A stretch of DNA of 64,000 nucleotides from a bacterium (GTDB lineage: Bacteria > Hinthialibacterota > Hinthialibacteria > Hinthialibacterales > Hinthialibacteraceae): contig CAXXMV010000002.1 in NCBI GenBank assembly GCA_963662285.2, positions 1 through 64,000 of the forward strand, given 5' to 3'. Of this stretch, positions 49,060 through 57,992 are shown in pieces. The position numbers and the translations under genes were made by a program. The notes under the pieces are model-generated. The model saw only the letters and a program-made list of their open reading frames with translations. It did no database searches and was not told the DNA's origin. Position 1 is the stretch's first letter. Every line of letters begins with the position of its first letter.

Positions 49060-50374
49060 ACTACGATACGCCATTATCGGCGGCGGCGCCGCCGGATGCA
49101 CCCTGGCATGGCATTTAACGCGAAATGGTCATTATGTGTGCGTCTATGAAAAAGAACGTGGTGTGGGCGGTCTGGCATCCGATATTCCCTTCGGTCAGAC
49201 AAAACTAGACCGCTTTTATCATCACATTTTCACCAGCGATACCCATGTCACGTCATTTATTGATAAAGTGGGTTTATCTTCAAAACTTCATTGGTGCGAT
49301 TCATCCGTCGGCTTTGAACACCACGGCAAGTTCTATCCGTTTACCACGCCGCTAGACCTCATTCGCTTTTCTCCTCTTTCACTATGGTCTCGAATTCGGG
49401 TTGGTTTATCGGTGCTCAAAATGAAACGCCGGAAAACATACCTGGATTTGGAGAACATCACCGCAGAAGAACTCATCATAAAAGAGATGGGCAAAGAAGC
49501 CTATAAAATCTTATGGGAACCTCTGCTGCGCTCCAAATTCGGCGAACGATATAAAGAAGTCTCCGCCGTTTGGTTTTGGGGCAAGATGAAGTTACGTGGA
49601 GGAACCCGGTCTAAAAGCGGCGCAGGGGAGTGTTTAGGCTATCTAAAAGATGGCTGGGGTCAACTTTATCAGCGCATGGCCGATCAGATCGTCCAACAAG
49701 GCGGAACTTTCCACTTTTCAAATTTTGTATGCCAAATACAAAAAACCGAATCGGGTATCATGGTGAGCACTAAAAAGGGACATCAAGAGGAATATGACCG
49801 CGTACTGGTCACTCCCAGCGTTCCATCTTTCATCGAAATGACGCCCTCGCTCCCCGATGACTACAAGCAGGAAATATCAAAAATACCCTATCAATCTAAT
49901 ATAACCATGGCGCTGGGTCTCGAACGTCCGATATCTCCTCATTACTGGTTGAATATTACCGATCCTGAATCGCCTTTTGTTGCGGTGATCGAGCATACCA
50001 AACTTTTTAATGATCCCGATTATGGCGAATTGACGCCATTCTATCTATCACGCTATCTAAGTTCGGACCACCCCTATTATTCGATGCCCGCCAAGGAACT
50101 CAAGGATATTTTCTTCTCTTACCTGGAACGCCTGTTCCCTGGCTTTAAGCGGGAAGAAATCAATAGTTTCACCTTATCAAAAGCCCTATACGCCCAACCA
50201 GTTGTAGGATTGCACTATTCAAAAAATAAACCCTCGTTCGATACGCCGATCAAGGGCCTGCACCTTTGCACCATGCTGCAAATCTACCCTGAAGACCGGG
50301 GTATGAACTACAGCATCAAGATCGCCGAAGAAATGTTACTCCACCTTGGCGAACTGGAAAACTTATCCGTATAG
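49049..50374 (+). CDS. NAD(P)/FAD-dependent oxidoreductase (protoporphyrinogen-oxidase-like family)
   Basis: IIGGGAAG, E...GVGGLA, LDRFYHHIF.SD, QIYPEDRGMNYSI. Confidence 0.85.
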   Translation: MKNKLRYAIIGGGAAGCTLAWHLTRNGHYVCVYEKERGVGGLASDIPFGQTKLDRFYHHIFTSDTHVTSFIDKVGLSSKLHWCDSSVGFEHHGKFYPFTTPLDLIRFSPLSLWSRIRVGLSVLKMKRRKTYLDLENITAEELIIKEMGKEAYKILWEPLLRSKFGERYKEVSAVWFWGKMKLRGGTRSKSGAGECLGYLKDGWGQLYQRMADQIVQQGGTFHFSNFVCQIQKTESGIMVSTKKGHQEEYDRVLVTPSVPSFIEMTPSLPDDYKQEISKIPYQSNITMALGLERPISPHYWLNITDPESPFVAVIEHTKLFNDPDYGELTPFYLSRYLSSDHPYYSMPAKELKDIFFSYLERLFPGFKREEINSFTLSKALYAQPVVGLHYSKNKPSFDTPIKGLHLCTMLQIYPEDRGMNYSIKIAEEMLLHLGELENLSV

Positions 50375-50409
50375 AGCGGTTTACAAACCCATGTTGGTTT
50401 AAACAAACA

Positions 50410-50454
50410 TTCGCCATCAAAAAATACTCCCTTTATGACCTTTTTGATGGCGAA
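50410..50454. terminator. Hairpin between convergent genes
   Basis: 14-bp stem ttcgccatcaaaaa/tttttgatggcgaa. Confidence 0.5.
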
Positions 50455-50552
50455 AAATTATGGAAAGATTTAACCGCCTCACTCAACCGGTCCAGATAAA
50501 ATTCTCCCCCTGCCAGTTTTATCTGGTGAAAAAAGAAAATACCTGCCATTTC

Positions 50553-50632
50553 TATAGCGGTTAACAAGAATACGTGCGCATTGATAACTTTTAACAACCG
50601 CATTAACGCACATTATTTTGAGAACCGCTCTA
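50553..50632. repeat. MITE-like element
   Basis: tatagcggttaacaagaatacgtgcg ... cgcacattattttgagaaccgctcta. Confidence 0.65.
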
Positions 50633-50639
50633 AATCAGA

Positions 50640-51011
50640 TTAAAAGTCGTCTTCATCCGGCTCGCTGTCAAAATCATCAAAATCATCATCGTAATCATCA
50701 TCATCTTTTATATCTTCAAAATCATCATCGTAATCGTCATCATCATCAAAAAGGTCTTGATCCTCAATGCTATCATCGTCATCGTCATAGTCGAATTCCG
50801 GCTTTTGCATCATACCTAACATGATCATTTCATAGAAGGAGACTATGGAACATGATTCATCCTCTATCTCCATAACAGCAAGCATTAATGGAGTAAAACC
50901 CCCAACACGATCATGCTTGAAAAGAATCAATAATCGCATACTTTCCAGTGGAACAACGAGCGCTCTACAACCGTCTCTCAGACTCTCAATCTTTGGAAGA
51001 TTAGTTAACAT
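50640..51011 (-). CDS. Small protein with extremely acidic Asp/Phe/Tyr C-terminal tail
   Basis: SD GAGGAG upstream of ATG 51011; the last about 50 aa are mostly D/E punctuated by F/Y. Confidence 0.6.
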   Translation of the reverse strand: MLTNLPKIESLRDGCRALVVPLESMRLLILFKHDRVGGFTPLMLAVMEIEDESCSIVSFYEMIMLGMMQKPEFDYDDDDDSIEDQDLFDDDDDYDDDFEDIKDDDDYDDDFDDFDSEPDEDDF

Positions 51012-51143
51012 TTGTCGAACTCCTCAAACTATTAATCCTTGAGGGAATACCCCCTCCCATGCGTTTTTAAAAACGTTTCTAGCTGGGTACATTACACTGA
51101 AGTGTGATCAAGTCAATAGCTTATTTTAAATATTTTTAAACTA

Positions 51144-52127
51144 TTACGTATTATTGTATAAAGCCCAAAAAACAACCACCAGCCAAAGCAATCCATTAAG
51201 TACCATCGGACGATCTGACAACAAGAGTTCTGTTGGATTTCCACCCTCTTCTTTACGGTATACAAGATACAAATATCTGAATACTCCATAAATGACAAAT
51301 GGGATAGAATATTTCATCCGGGTGTTATGCCGGTCAGGGTTTTGATGGTCTTGAGCGCTGGTGGATAACGCTGATTCAAACCTTGCCGCATTGGAAATTT
51401 GAGAATCCACAGTTGTATTAATGATGTTAGCGCCACTCGGCCGTGTTGCATCAATGCAATAAAGTGAATAGGTTACAAGCGTCGCAGCTGTCACAATTGA
51501 AATAATCTGGTCCAGCAGATGCGTCGAATATTCTTGCAGTATCTCTCGATGGTTCTGAGCTTCTTTTTCTCCCAGAAGGATAATCTCATGGCGTCGCTTG
51601 CTATAAGCCAGAAACAGAGAGACAAACAAGGCGCAAATATATAACCAATCAGAAAATTCTACATTAATAACCACCGCCCCGGCATAAGTCCTTAGAACAA
51701 AACCTGAAGCGACCATCATCCCATCCAGGATTACAATGGATTTGCCTCCGAATGAGTAAAATAGATGAACCAACAGATAAATCATACCCACGCAGGTAAA
51801 ACGCCAGGAAAGCATCGCCGAACCGACAATTGAAACTAAAAATATCACGGCGCACGTTATCAAGACTATTTTTACCGACAAACGCCCCGATGGAAGAGGG
51901 CGGTTGCGTTTTTGCGGATGCAGCCGGTCTCGCTCCAGGTCTGCAATATCATTGATCATGTAAACGCAAGATGAAAAAAGACAGAAAAAAATAAAGGCCA
52001 GAAACGTATATTCTAATGCAACAAGATTCGAAACCTGCTTAACAAAAATCAATGGAGCAAAGATGAAGCAATTTTTTATCCATTGCCTTGGTCTGGCAAT
52101 TTCAAACAAAGATTGAATTGTATTCAT
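51144..52127 (-). CDS. UbiA-family decaprenyl-phosphate phosphoribosyltransferase-like protein
   Basis: RPRQWIKN, YMINDIAD..RDRLHPQKRNRPLPSG, GFVLR..AG, KRRHE, YGVFRY, GGNPTE...D. Confidence 0.88.
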   Translation of the reverse strand: MNTIQSLFEIARPRQWIKNCFIFAPLIFVKQVSNLVALEYTFLAFIFFCLFSSCVYMINDIADLERDRLHPQKRNRPLPSGRLSVKIVLITCAVIFLVSIVGSAMLSWRFTCVGMIYLLVHLFYSFGGKSIVILDGMMVASGFVLRTYAGAVVINVEFSDWLYICALFVSLFLAYSKRRHEIILLGEKEAQNHREILQEYSTHLLDQIISIVTAATLVTYSLYCIDATRPSGANIINTTVDSQISNAARFESALSTSAQDHQNPDRHNTRMKYSIPFVIYGVFRYLYLVYRKEEGGNPTELLLSDRPMVLNGLLWLVVVFWALYNNT

Positions 52128-52170
52128 ATTATTACGCCAGAAGAATCGTAAAAATTTCTTTCCCGTTATT

Positions 52171-52662
52171 TTATTTTTTCAAATCTTTGGGAATTGTATG
52201 CCACATGATATGAAGAAACTCATCACACCCCACACGCTTCCAGAATTCATATCCCCGCCCATTACGCGGCGAGACATTCAATTGGATCACCGACAATCCA
52301 CGGCGATAAAACCAACGCCTCACATTCAACCACAGTTGACGCCCGACTCCGTTTCGTTGCTGCGATTCCGAAACCATCATCTCTGCGATGAATCCATATC
52401 GGTCCAAAGCAAAGACTTCTGGATTAGTAAGTATTATACCAATTGTATATCCTACAATATTACCTTCCACAACTGCGATAAAAATTGCGTAATCATAATT
52501 CTCGAATATTGACTTAAGATATTCTAGGTATGACTCTTCTGAATTATGTGATAACTCAAAACGAGCATCCAATGAAAGGTGATATTCCATCATCTCTTGC
52601 CAAAGTTTGGTTACTTGCGGCAAATCATCACTAACAGCTCTACGGATTTCAACATCGACCAT
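52171..52662 (-). CDS. GNAT-family acetyltransferase
   Basis: IRRA..DD start, FIAEMMV..QQRNGVGRQL acetyl-CoA motif, LNV..N..GYEFWKRVG. Confidence 0.85.
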   Translation of the reverse strand: MVDVEIRRAVSDDLPQVTKLWQEMMEYHLSLDARFELSHNSEESYLEYLKSIFENYDYAIFIAVVEGNIVGYTIGIILTNPEVFALDRYGFIAEMMVSESQQRNGVGRQLWLNVRRWFYRRGLSVIQLNVSPRNGRGYEFWKRVGCDEFLHIMWHTIPKDLKK

Positions 52663-53074
52663 TAGGGAAATCCTTTCCAAACGTCGGTTGCGAATAGAGT
52701 CAACCACAAAAAATAATGTTGAGGATACTATGTATATCACATTTTTTATGTCAAGGGATTTCCGGTAATTTCATTTTTATTATTTATAAACTTTTTTATT
52801 CACTTATCACAAAACTTTGTAGACTCCTTTAATTTATCCCCGGTGTATGATACTGTAAATTACCATAAGTATTGATTGGATGAGTAGTTTTTGGAGTTCT
52901 GGTGAAAGCCTAATCGGCTCTATTCGAACTCCATTCCTTCCATCAATTCTTAAGCAAGGAATCTGATTGGGTTTGCCGTTTTGTATTTTCCCGCTCCAAA
53001 CGAGAGGATTTTATTATTCGGCAGTGTCCGAGGCAACGATTCCCAATTCGAATTGTTTAAAAGGAGTCGATAGG

Positions 53075-54334
53075 ATGATCAACAATAAAGATAAAGAACT
53101 TTCTCGTCGTGATTTTGGAAAGCGAACCGCCTTGGGCGCTACCGCAATGGCTGGATTCAGCATCATTAATAATGCCCGGGCAGCTGATGATCCATTAAAA
53201 ATTGGCGTTATCGGATGCGGTGGACGTGGTTCAGGCGCTGTTATGAACGCGATTCAAGCCAACAGCAATGTTCAACTGGTGGCAGTTTGCGACGTCTTTG
53301 AAAAAACAGCCAAAGATGCCGTCAAGAAATTCCAGAACAACGAAAATCTGGTCAAGAATATCAACGTCGATGCAGAGAATATTTTCTGGGACTTGGATGG
53401 ATACAAAAAATTACTGAAACTGGACATGGATTACGTAATCCTCGCTACGCCTCCAGGTTTCCGTCCGGAACACTTCGAAGCCGTTGTTAACGCAGGTAAA
53501 AACTGCTTCTGCGAAAAACCCATCGCGGTTGATTCTTCCGGTACGCGCCGCTACATGGCAGCCGCCAAAAAATCCGAAGCAGCAAAATTGCACGTAGTTA
53601 CTGGAACTCAACGACGTCACGAGAAACCTTACATAGAAACCATCAAAAAAATCCATGATGGCGCTCTTGGCGATATTGTCGCCGGTCGCGCTTACTGGGA
53701 CGGCACTCTACCTCATCACCGCCCCCGCAAAGCCGGTATGAGCGACCTCGAATACCAATTATATAACTGGTATAACTTCTGCTGGATTTGCGGTGACAAC
53801 ATTGTTGAGCAGCATGTTCACAACCTCGATATCATGAACTGGGTTTTCCAATCTCATCCAACATCCGTTATCGCTTCCGGTGGACGCGCATGGAAACCCA
53901 AAATTGAAGAATATGGCAACATCTGGGATCATTTCTCCTGCGATTACGAATATCCCAATGACGTACATGTAATGAGTTTCAGCCGTCACTGGAACAAATC
54001 ATATAACGACGTATCCGAAATGGTCTTTGGAACCCAAAAAGGCCCTAATGGCTACATCAGCAGCTGCAACGACATGGGTTCGACTGGACGCAATGCTTAC
54101 GTCCAGGAACATATGGACCTCCAAGCCAGCATCACTGGCAATGGCCCTTACTTGAACGAAGCCATGCAAGTTGCAGAAAGCGTCTTCACAGCAATCATGG
54201 GACGTATGGCTGCATACACCGGCAAGAAACTAACCTGGGAAGAAGCATTGAACATGGAACTAGACATCGTTCCAAAGAATATGTCCTGGGATAAACCAAT
54301 GCCAGCCGATCCTATTCCAGTTCCTGGCGCATAA
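53075..54334 (+). CDS. Tat-exported Gfo/Idh/MocA oxidoreductase
   Basis: SRRDFG twin-arginine motif; IGCGGRGSG, ATPPGFRP, CEKP, GTQRRH, EQHVHNLD. SD AAGGAG favours ATG 53075. Confidence 0.92.
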   Translation: MINNKDKELSRRDFGKRTALGATAMAGFSIINNARAADDPLKIGVIGCGGRGSGAVMNAIQANSNVQLVAVCDVFEKTAKDAVKKFQNNENLVKNINVDAENIFWDLDGYKKLLKLDMDYVILATPPGFRPEHFEAVVNAGKNCFCEKPIAVDSSGTRRYMAAAKKSEAAKLHVVTGTQRRHEKPYIETIKKIHDGALGDIVAGRAYWDGTLPHHRPRKAGMSDLEYQLYNWYNFCWICGDNIVEQHVHNLDIMNWVFQSHPTSVIASGGRAWKPKIEEYGNIWDHFSCDYEYPNDVHVMSFSRHWNKSYNDVSEMVFGTQKGPNGYISSCNDMGSTGRNAYVQEHMDLQASITGNGPYLNEAMQVAESVFTAIMGRMAAYTGKKLTWEEALNMELDIVPKNMSWDKPMPADPIPVPGA

Positions 54335-54362
54335 TTAACATACCAATAATCTTTAGTATAAT

Positions 54363-54400
54363 AAGACGGGGCGTGAATAATTCACGCCCCGTCTTTTTTT
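54363..54400 (+). terminator. Intrinsic terminator
   Basis: aagacggggcgtgaat/attcacgccccgtctt stem plus T-run. Confidence 0.85.
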
Positions 54401-54459
54401 ATTTATATGAGGCGCCTAGAGTTTAAATATCCTATAAGACATGCCCGTAAAAAGAATGA

Positions 54460-55428
54460 TTATAGGCCTGGAGGCACTTCACCAGGAAGTGAAGCGCCAT
54501 TGTTCTGGGGCCATAAAGCATAACCGACGCCAATAATAATCACGGCGCCACCGAAAAATTGATAAAAGGTTAATCTTTCTCCCAACAGCAAAATAGAAAA
54601 TAGTACGCCAAATAGGGGAAGAAGGCTTAAGGTCAAAGATACCAGTGATGCAGGAAGCCGCTTAAGAGCCTGAAAATAAAGCAGATATCCCAAACCGGAA
54701 CAGAACGCGCCCAGATAAATTGTTATATACCAGGATACTTGATCCATCTCCATCCAGCCCCGCCATGTACCTTGAATTGCTACTACAGAACCAAGGCTCA
54801 AACACGCGAAAACTGTTATAAAGAAATTCGCCACCAGGGGATTTGAACGCTTAACAATACTTTTACTGCCGATAGTGAAAGCACACCAGCAAAACACAGA
54901 CGCCAGTATCAGAAAATCTCCAAAAAATGCTTTATTGACATGTATTTCTATACTGTTAAAATCATCCCACATAACGAAAACCATGCCCACCAAAGCGCCC
55001 ATTCCACCATAAACTACCGGTAGATGCAGTCGCTCTTTCAGAATGAGGAAAGCCATATAAATCGTCAAAAGCGATTCAATTGACATAATAAGAGATACGT
55101 TTGAAGCGGTAGTAAACTTAGATCCGGAGTATTCCAGGATAATAGCGCCAGCTGTGGCGAATACGCCAACCAAAAAGACCAGACGCCAATCTTTGGCTGT
55201 CCAGGTAGTTGTTTTGCGGCGTCCCCAATAAAAGGGAAAAAGACATAAAATGGCGATGCAGGTTCGATTGAAACCCAGGAGGATTGGATCAACGCCTTGC
55301 TGGATCACATATTTATTTAACGAAAAGGTTGTGCCAAACAAAAATTGCGCAAAAAGAACGCATATTAGACCGATAATCCATGATTTCTTCGATTGCTCTC
55401 TTTCTCCTTTAGTCATTCTGTTCCACAA
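54460..55428 (-). CDS. DMT/EamA-family transporter
   Basis: About 10 TM helices in two EamA halves; ILKERL, GDFLIL, LLGERL. Start may be ATG 55416. Confidence 0.9.
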   Translation of the reverse strand: MWNRMTKGEREQSKKSWIIGLICVLFAQFLFGTTFSLNKYVIQQGVDPILLGFNRTCIAILCLFPFYWGRRKTTTWTAKDWRLVFLVGVFATAGAIILEYSGSKFTTASNVSLIMSIESLLTIYMAFLILKERLHLPVVYGGMGALVGMVFVMWDDFNSIEIHVNKAFFGDFLILASVFCWCAFTIGSKSIVKRSNPLVANFFITVFACLSLGSVVAIQGTWRGWMEMDQVSWYITIYLGAFCSGLGYLLYFQALKRLPASLVSLTLSLLPLFGVLFSILLLGERLTFYQFFGGAVIIIGVGYALWPQNNGASLPGEVPPGL

Positions 55429-56134
55429 TCTCCTGAATTTCGGTCATGGTTCTAACAATATAATCAGGCGCCGGACCAACTACTTCGGCGCTGCGGTTAT
55501 CACGCCTCATCCAGGCGGTTCGCATTCCTACATCTTTGGCGCCCTGAATATCTTTTTCAGCATGGTCGCCCACCATTAATGAATTTTCAGGTTTGGCTTT
55601 GACCGATTGCATTGCTTTATGAAAAATTTCAGGCGCCGGTTTTGAGCAACCAGTTTCCTGTGCAATAAAAATTGCATCCATTATCTGATCTAAACCAAAC
55701 TTTACAATCTTTTCTCTTTGCATTTCCGAGTTTCCATTGGTTACTAGAACCAGTGAATAATTCTCTTTTAGCGAATTCAGGACTGGCATCGTATCATCAT
55801 AACAAGCATAGGTTGCACGACGCGCCGCCTGAAAAATTTGAGCCATTGAACAAGCCAATTCCCTATCAGAATGTCCAAGAGACTCTAAAGTCTCAGCGGC
55901 GATATGAGAGCGAACCTCCTGAGCGCTTCTCATCGCAGCGATAGGAGACTGGTCATAATTTTCCCAATGCCAGGTGTTCACTTCGCGGAAGGTCTGATAT
56001 ACCTTTTCCAGAGTTAAATCCGGATAACGCCCGGTTATCAAGGGCAATGTTTTTTCCAACGATTGCCTAAGACTTCCTGAATCATCAGCTAATGTGTTAT
56101 CTAAATCGAAGAAAATTGCGCTTATGCAAGACAT
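55409..56134 (-). CDS. HAD-superfamily hydrolase (YjjG/YigB-like)
   Basis: FFDLDNTL, VTNG...QREK, KPAPEIF, MVGD...DI.GA..VG. Confidence 0.9.
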   Translation of the reverse strand: MSCISAIFFDLDNTLADDSGSLRQSLEKTLPLITGRYPDLTLEKVYQTFREVNTWHWENYDQSPIAAMRSAQEVRSHIAAETLESLGHSDRELACSMAQIFQAARRATYACYDDTMPVLNSLKENYSLVLVTNGNSEMQREKIVKFGLDQIMDAIFIAQETGCSKPAPEIFHKAMQSVKAKPENSLMVGDHAEKDIQGAKDVGMRTAWMRRDNRSAEVVGPAPDYIVRTMTEIQEIVEQND

Positions 56135-56377
56135 TTTGTAATCTTTCAGTTGAATTTAAGAATTCAAAGAGTATAGCCTATTCTTTCGCATCTAATGGAG
56201 CCTTACCGGATAAGAACCACTCTATCCAGAGAAATTTAAAAATATTTTCACAAATTCAATGTACAATTACTAATATATATCCTTATAGGATGCTCTTCTA
56301 TTTAATGGATATAACTTTTTTCAAGACCACAATGATCTGACAACCATCATCAAAAGGTTTAATAAGGTCAAAGAGAA

Positions 56378-56962
56378 ATGGTTACGCAATCTAACAAAAT
56401 TGGGAAAATGGAAGTTCGCTCAAACGGAGATTGTCCCTGGTGTGGCCGTGCAAGATCAAATCTCAAAGATTACATGTGTTACGACGTCATGGGCAATTGT
56501 TGTCATTCTTTTTTCCGCTTATTCCAACCAAAAATTCATGCTGCAATCCGCGATTTCCCTAATAGAAAAGTCAATGCAGAAACTCAATTCGATCAACTAC
56601 TTAACAAATTTCATGAGCAAATAAAAAGCGACAAGCGCCTTATGAAGGACGAGGAAAAACATTATGTTAAGATTGATTCTTACTTAAAGGAATACAACTC
56701 GGATATCACTGAATTTTTAGAATTTTTAATCCGCATCTACATTGTTCGAGGAGTAATCCCCATTAAAATGATTGATGATTATGTTAAATTGAATTGCATT
56801 ATATGCGGGAGAGAGTTTTCTGACACTTGGGCGCATGAAATTTGCTCATTATGTATGGAGACTGTCGGCAAACCAAGCAACGCCGCATCTCAAGATAAAA
56901 CTGCGTCTCTAACATCCTCATCTCTGCAACAAAAAAGAACGGGCATGCATGTTAGAAGATGA
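56378..56962 (+). CDS. Zinc-finger protein, YvyF (TIGR03826)-like
   Basis: CPWCGR...C..., DEEKHYVKIDSYLKE, CIICGREF...ICSLC, terminal GMHVRR. Confidence 0.55.
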   Translation: MVTQSNKIGKMEVRSNGDCPWCGRARSNLKDYMCYDVMGNCCHSFFRLFQPKIHAAIRDFPNRKVNAETQFDQLLNKFHEQIKSDKRLMKDEEKHYVKIDSYLKEYNSDITEFLEFLIRIYIVRGVIPIKMIDDYVKLNCIICGREFSDTWAHEICSLCMETVGKPSNAASQDKTASLTSSSLQQKRTGMHVRR

Positions 56963-56999
56963 TAATTTGAACAACTCTCTAAATTATGTTGGTTTCCAT

Positions 57000-57026
57000 A
57001 AAGGCCATGTTATTTGGCTTTTTTTT
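57000..57026 (+). terminator. Probable terminator
   Basis: aaaggcca...tggctttttttt. Confidence 0.5.
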
Positions 57027-57178
57027 CATTGTTCAAATAAGTTAATTGCTTTAACCACTCCACTGCTTAAAAACAGATTACTTCGATAATCGATTTATCC
57101 ACAAGTAAACCTTCTGTAAATTATCATTACATCTTGGGATATTATTATTCAATTCATCCACAAAAGCAAAGAAAAAAC

Positions 57179-57207
57179 TTGACAACCCCAAAAATCCTTA
57201 CTATAGT
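57179..57207 (+). promoter_or_regulatory. Strong sigma70-like promoter
   Basis: TTGACA N17 TATAGT. Confidence 0.7.
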
Positions 57208-57266
57208 TAGTAATGCCACGAGTTTTAAGATTCCCGGGAGTGTATCCTGAGAGCAAGAGGTCTATC

Positions 57267-57746
57267 ATGAATGGACGGTTGGCAAAAACTCAATTCGGTA
57301 ATTGCACTAACTGTAATGAGTATTCCATGATGAACAGCGATGGTTTATGCCAAAAGTGCTCAAATTTCTATATAGATCAACTAGAGAATGCCATTGATTT
57401 GACCAAAAATAATCCAGAAATAACCTGCCAAGAAATTGCAAATACTCTCGAAATATCTATCGAGAAAGTAGAAGAATGGGTTAAAAAAGGTAAAATTCGT
57501 TGCATCTCTTTGCGCTTTGTGTGTCCCAAATGCGACAAAGAAGTCATCAATCAGTTGAAATGCCCACATTGCAATGCTATTAAAATTACCGAAACTTTTA
57601 TTAAAAAGAAAACAACTCCCAAGTCTGCTATAACTGAATTATTCCTGGAAGAGCGCTTCTCGCGCGACCGCAAACGGTTATCTCCTCGATTAAGACTTTT
57701 GGCTTCATTGCCCGGCTTAAACAAATCCAGCCTATCAGATACTTAA
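57267..57746 (+). CDS. Zinc-finger/HTH protein, YvyF (TIGR03826)-like
   Basis: NCTNC...LCQKC, NNPEITCQEIANTLEISIEKVEEWVKKGKI (HTH), CPKC...CPHC. SD GAGG before ATG 57267. Confidence 0.65.
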   Translation: MNGRLAKTQFGNCTNCNEYSMMNSDGLCQKCSNFYIDQLENAIDLTKNNPEITCQEIANTLEISIEKVEEWVKKGKIRCISLRFVCPKCDKEVINQLKCPHCNAIKITETFIKKKTTPKSAITELFLEERFSRDRKRLSPRLRLLASLPGLNKSSLSDT

Positions 57747-57992
57747 GTTCCATAACAACAGTCATGAAATATTCATTTCTATTCTAGATTTACATACCAT
57801 TCCTTGTTTTGGCAAGCACTGTTTCCATTAGATTTATCCTAAGTCATTTTGCTTAGGAAAAATGACATAACTGATTCATTCAATAAATCCAGATACATTG
57901 TTCCTTCAAATAAAACAAGTACAATAACACAACGTTTGATTGATTAAATCGAAACATTTTTAATTTAAAATGAAACATATAGGATAAACGAA

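Noticed and set aside
50618-50824. His-rich plus-strand ORF (HHRNHHH)
   Set aside because: Simply the reverse complement of the GAT-rich acidic ORF, which has the SD.
57060-57095. Sigma28 promoter before the YvyF-like gene
   Set aside because: TAAA and TCGATAA are about 10 nt apart rather than about 15, and a good sigma70 promoter exists downstream.
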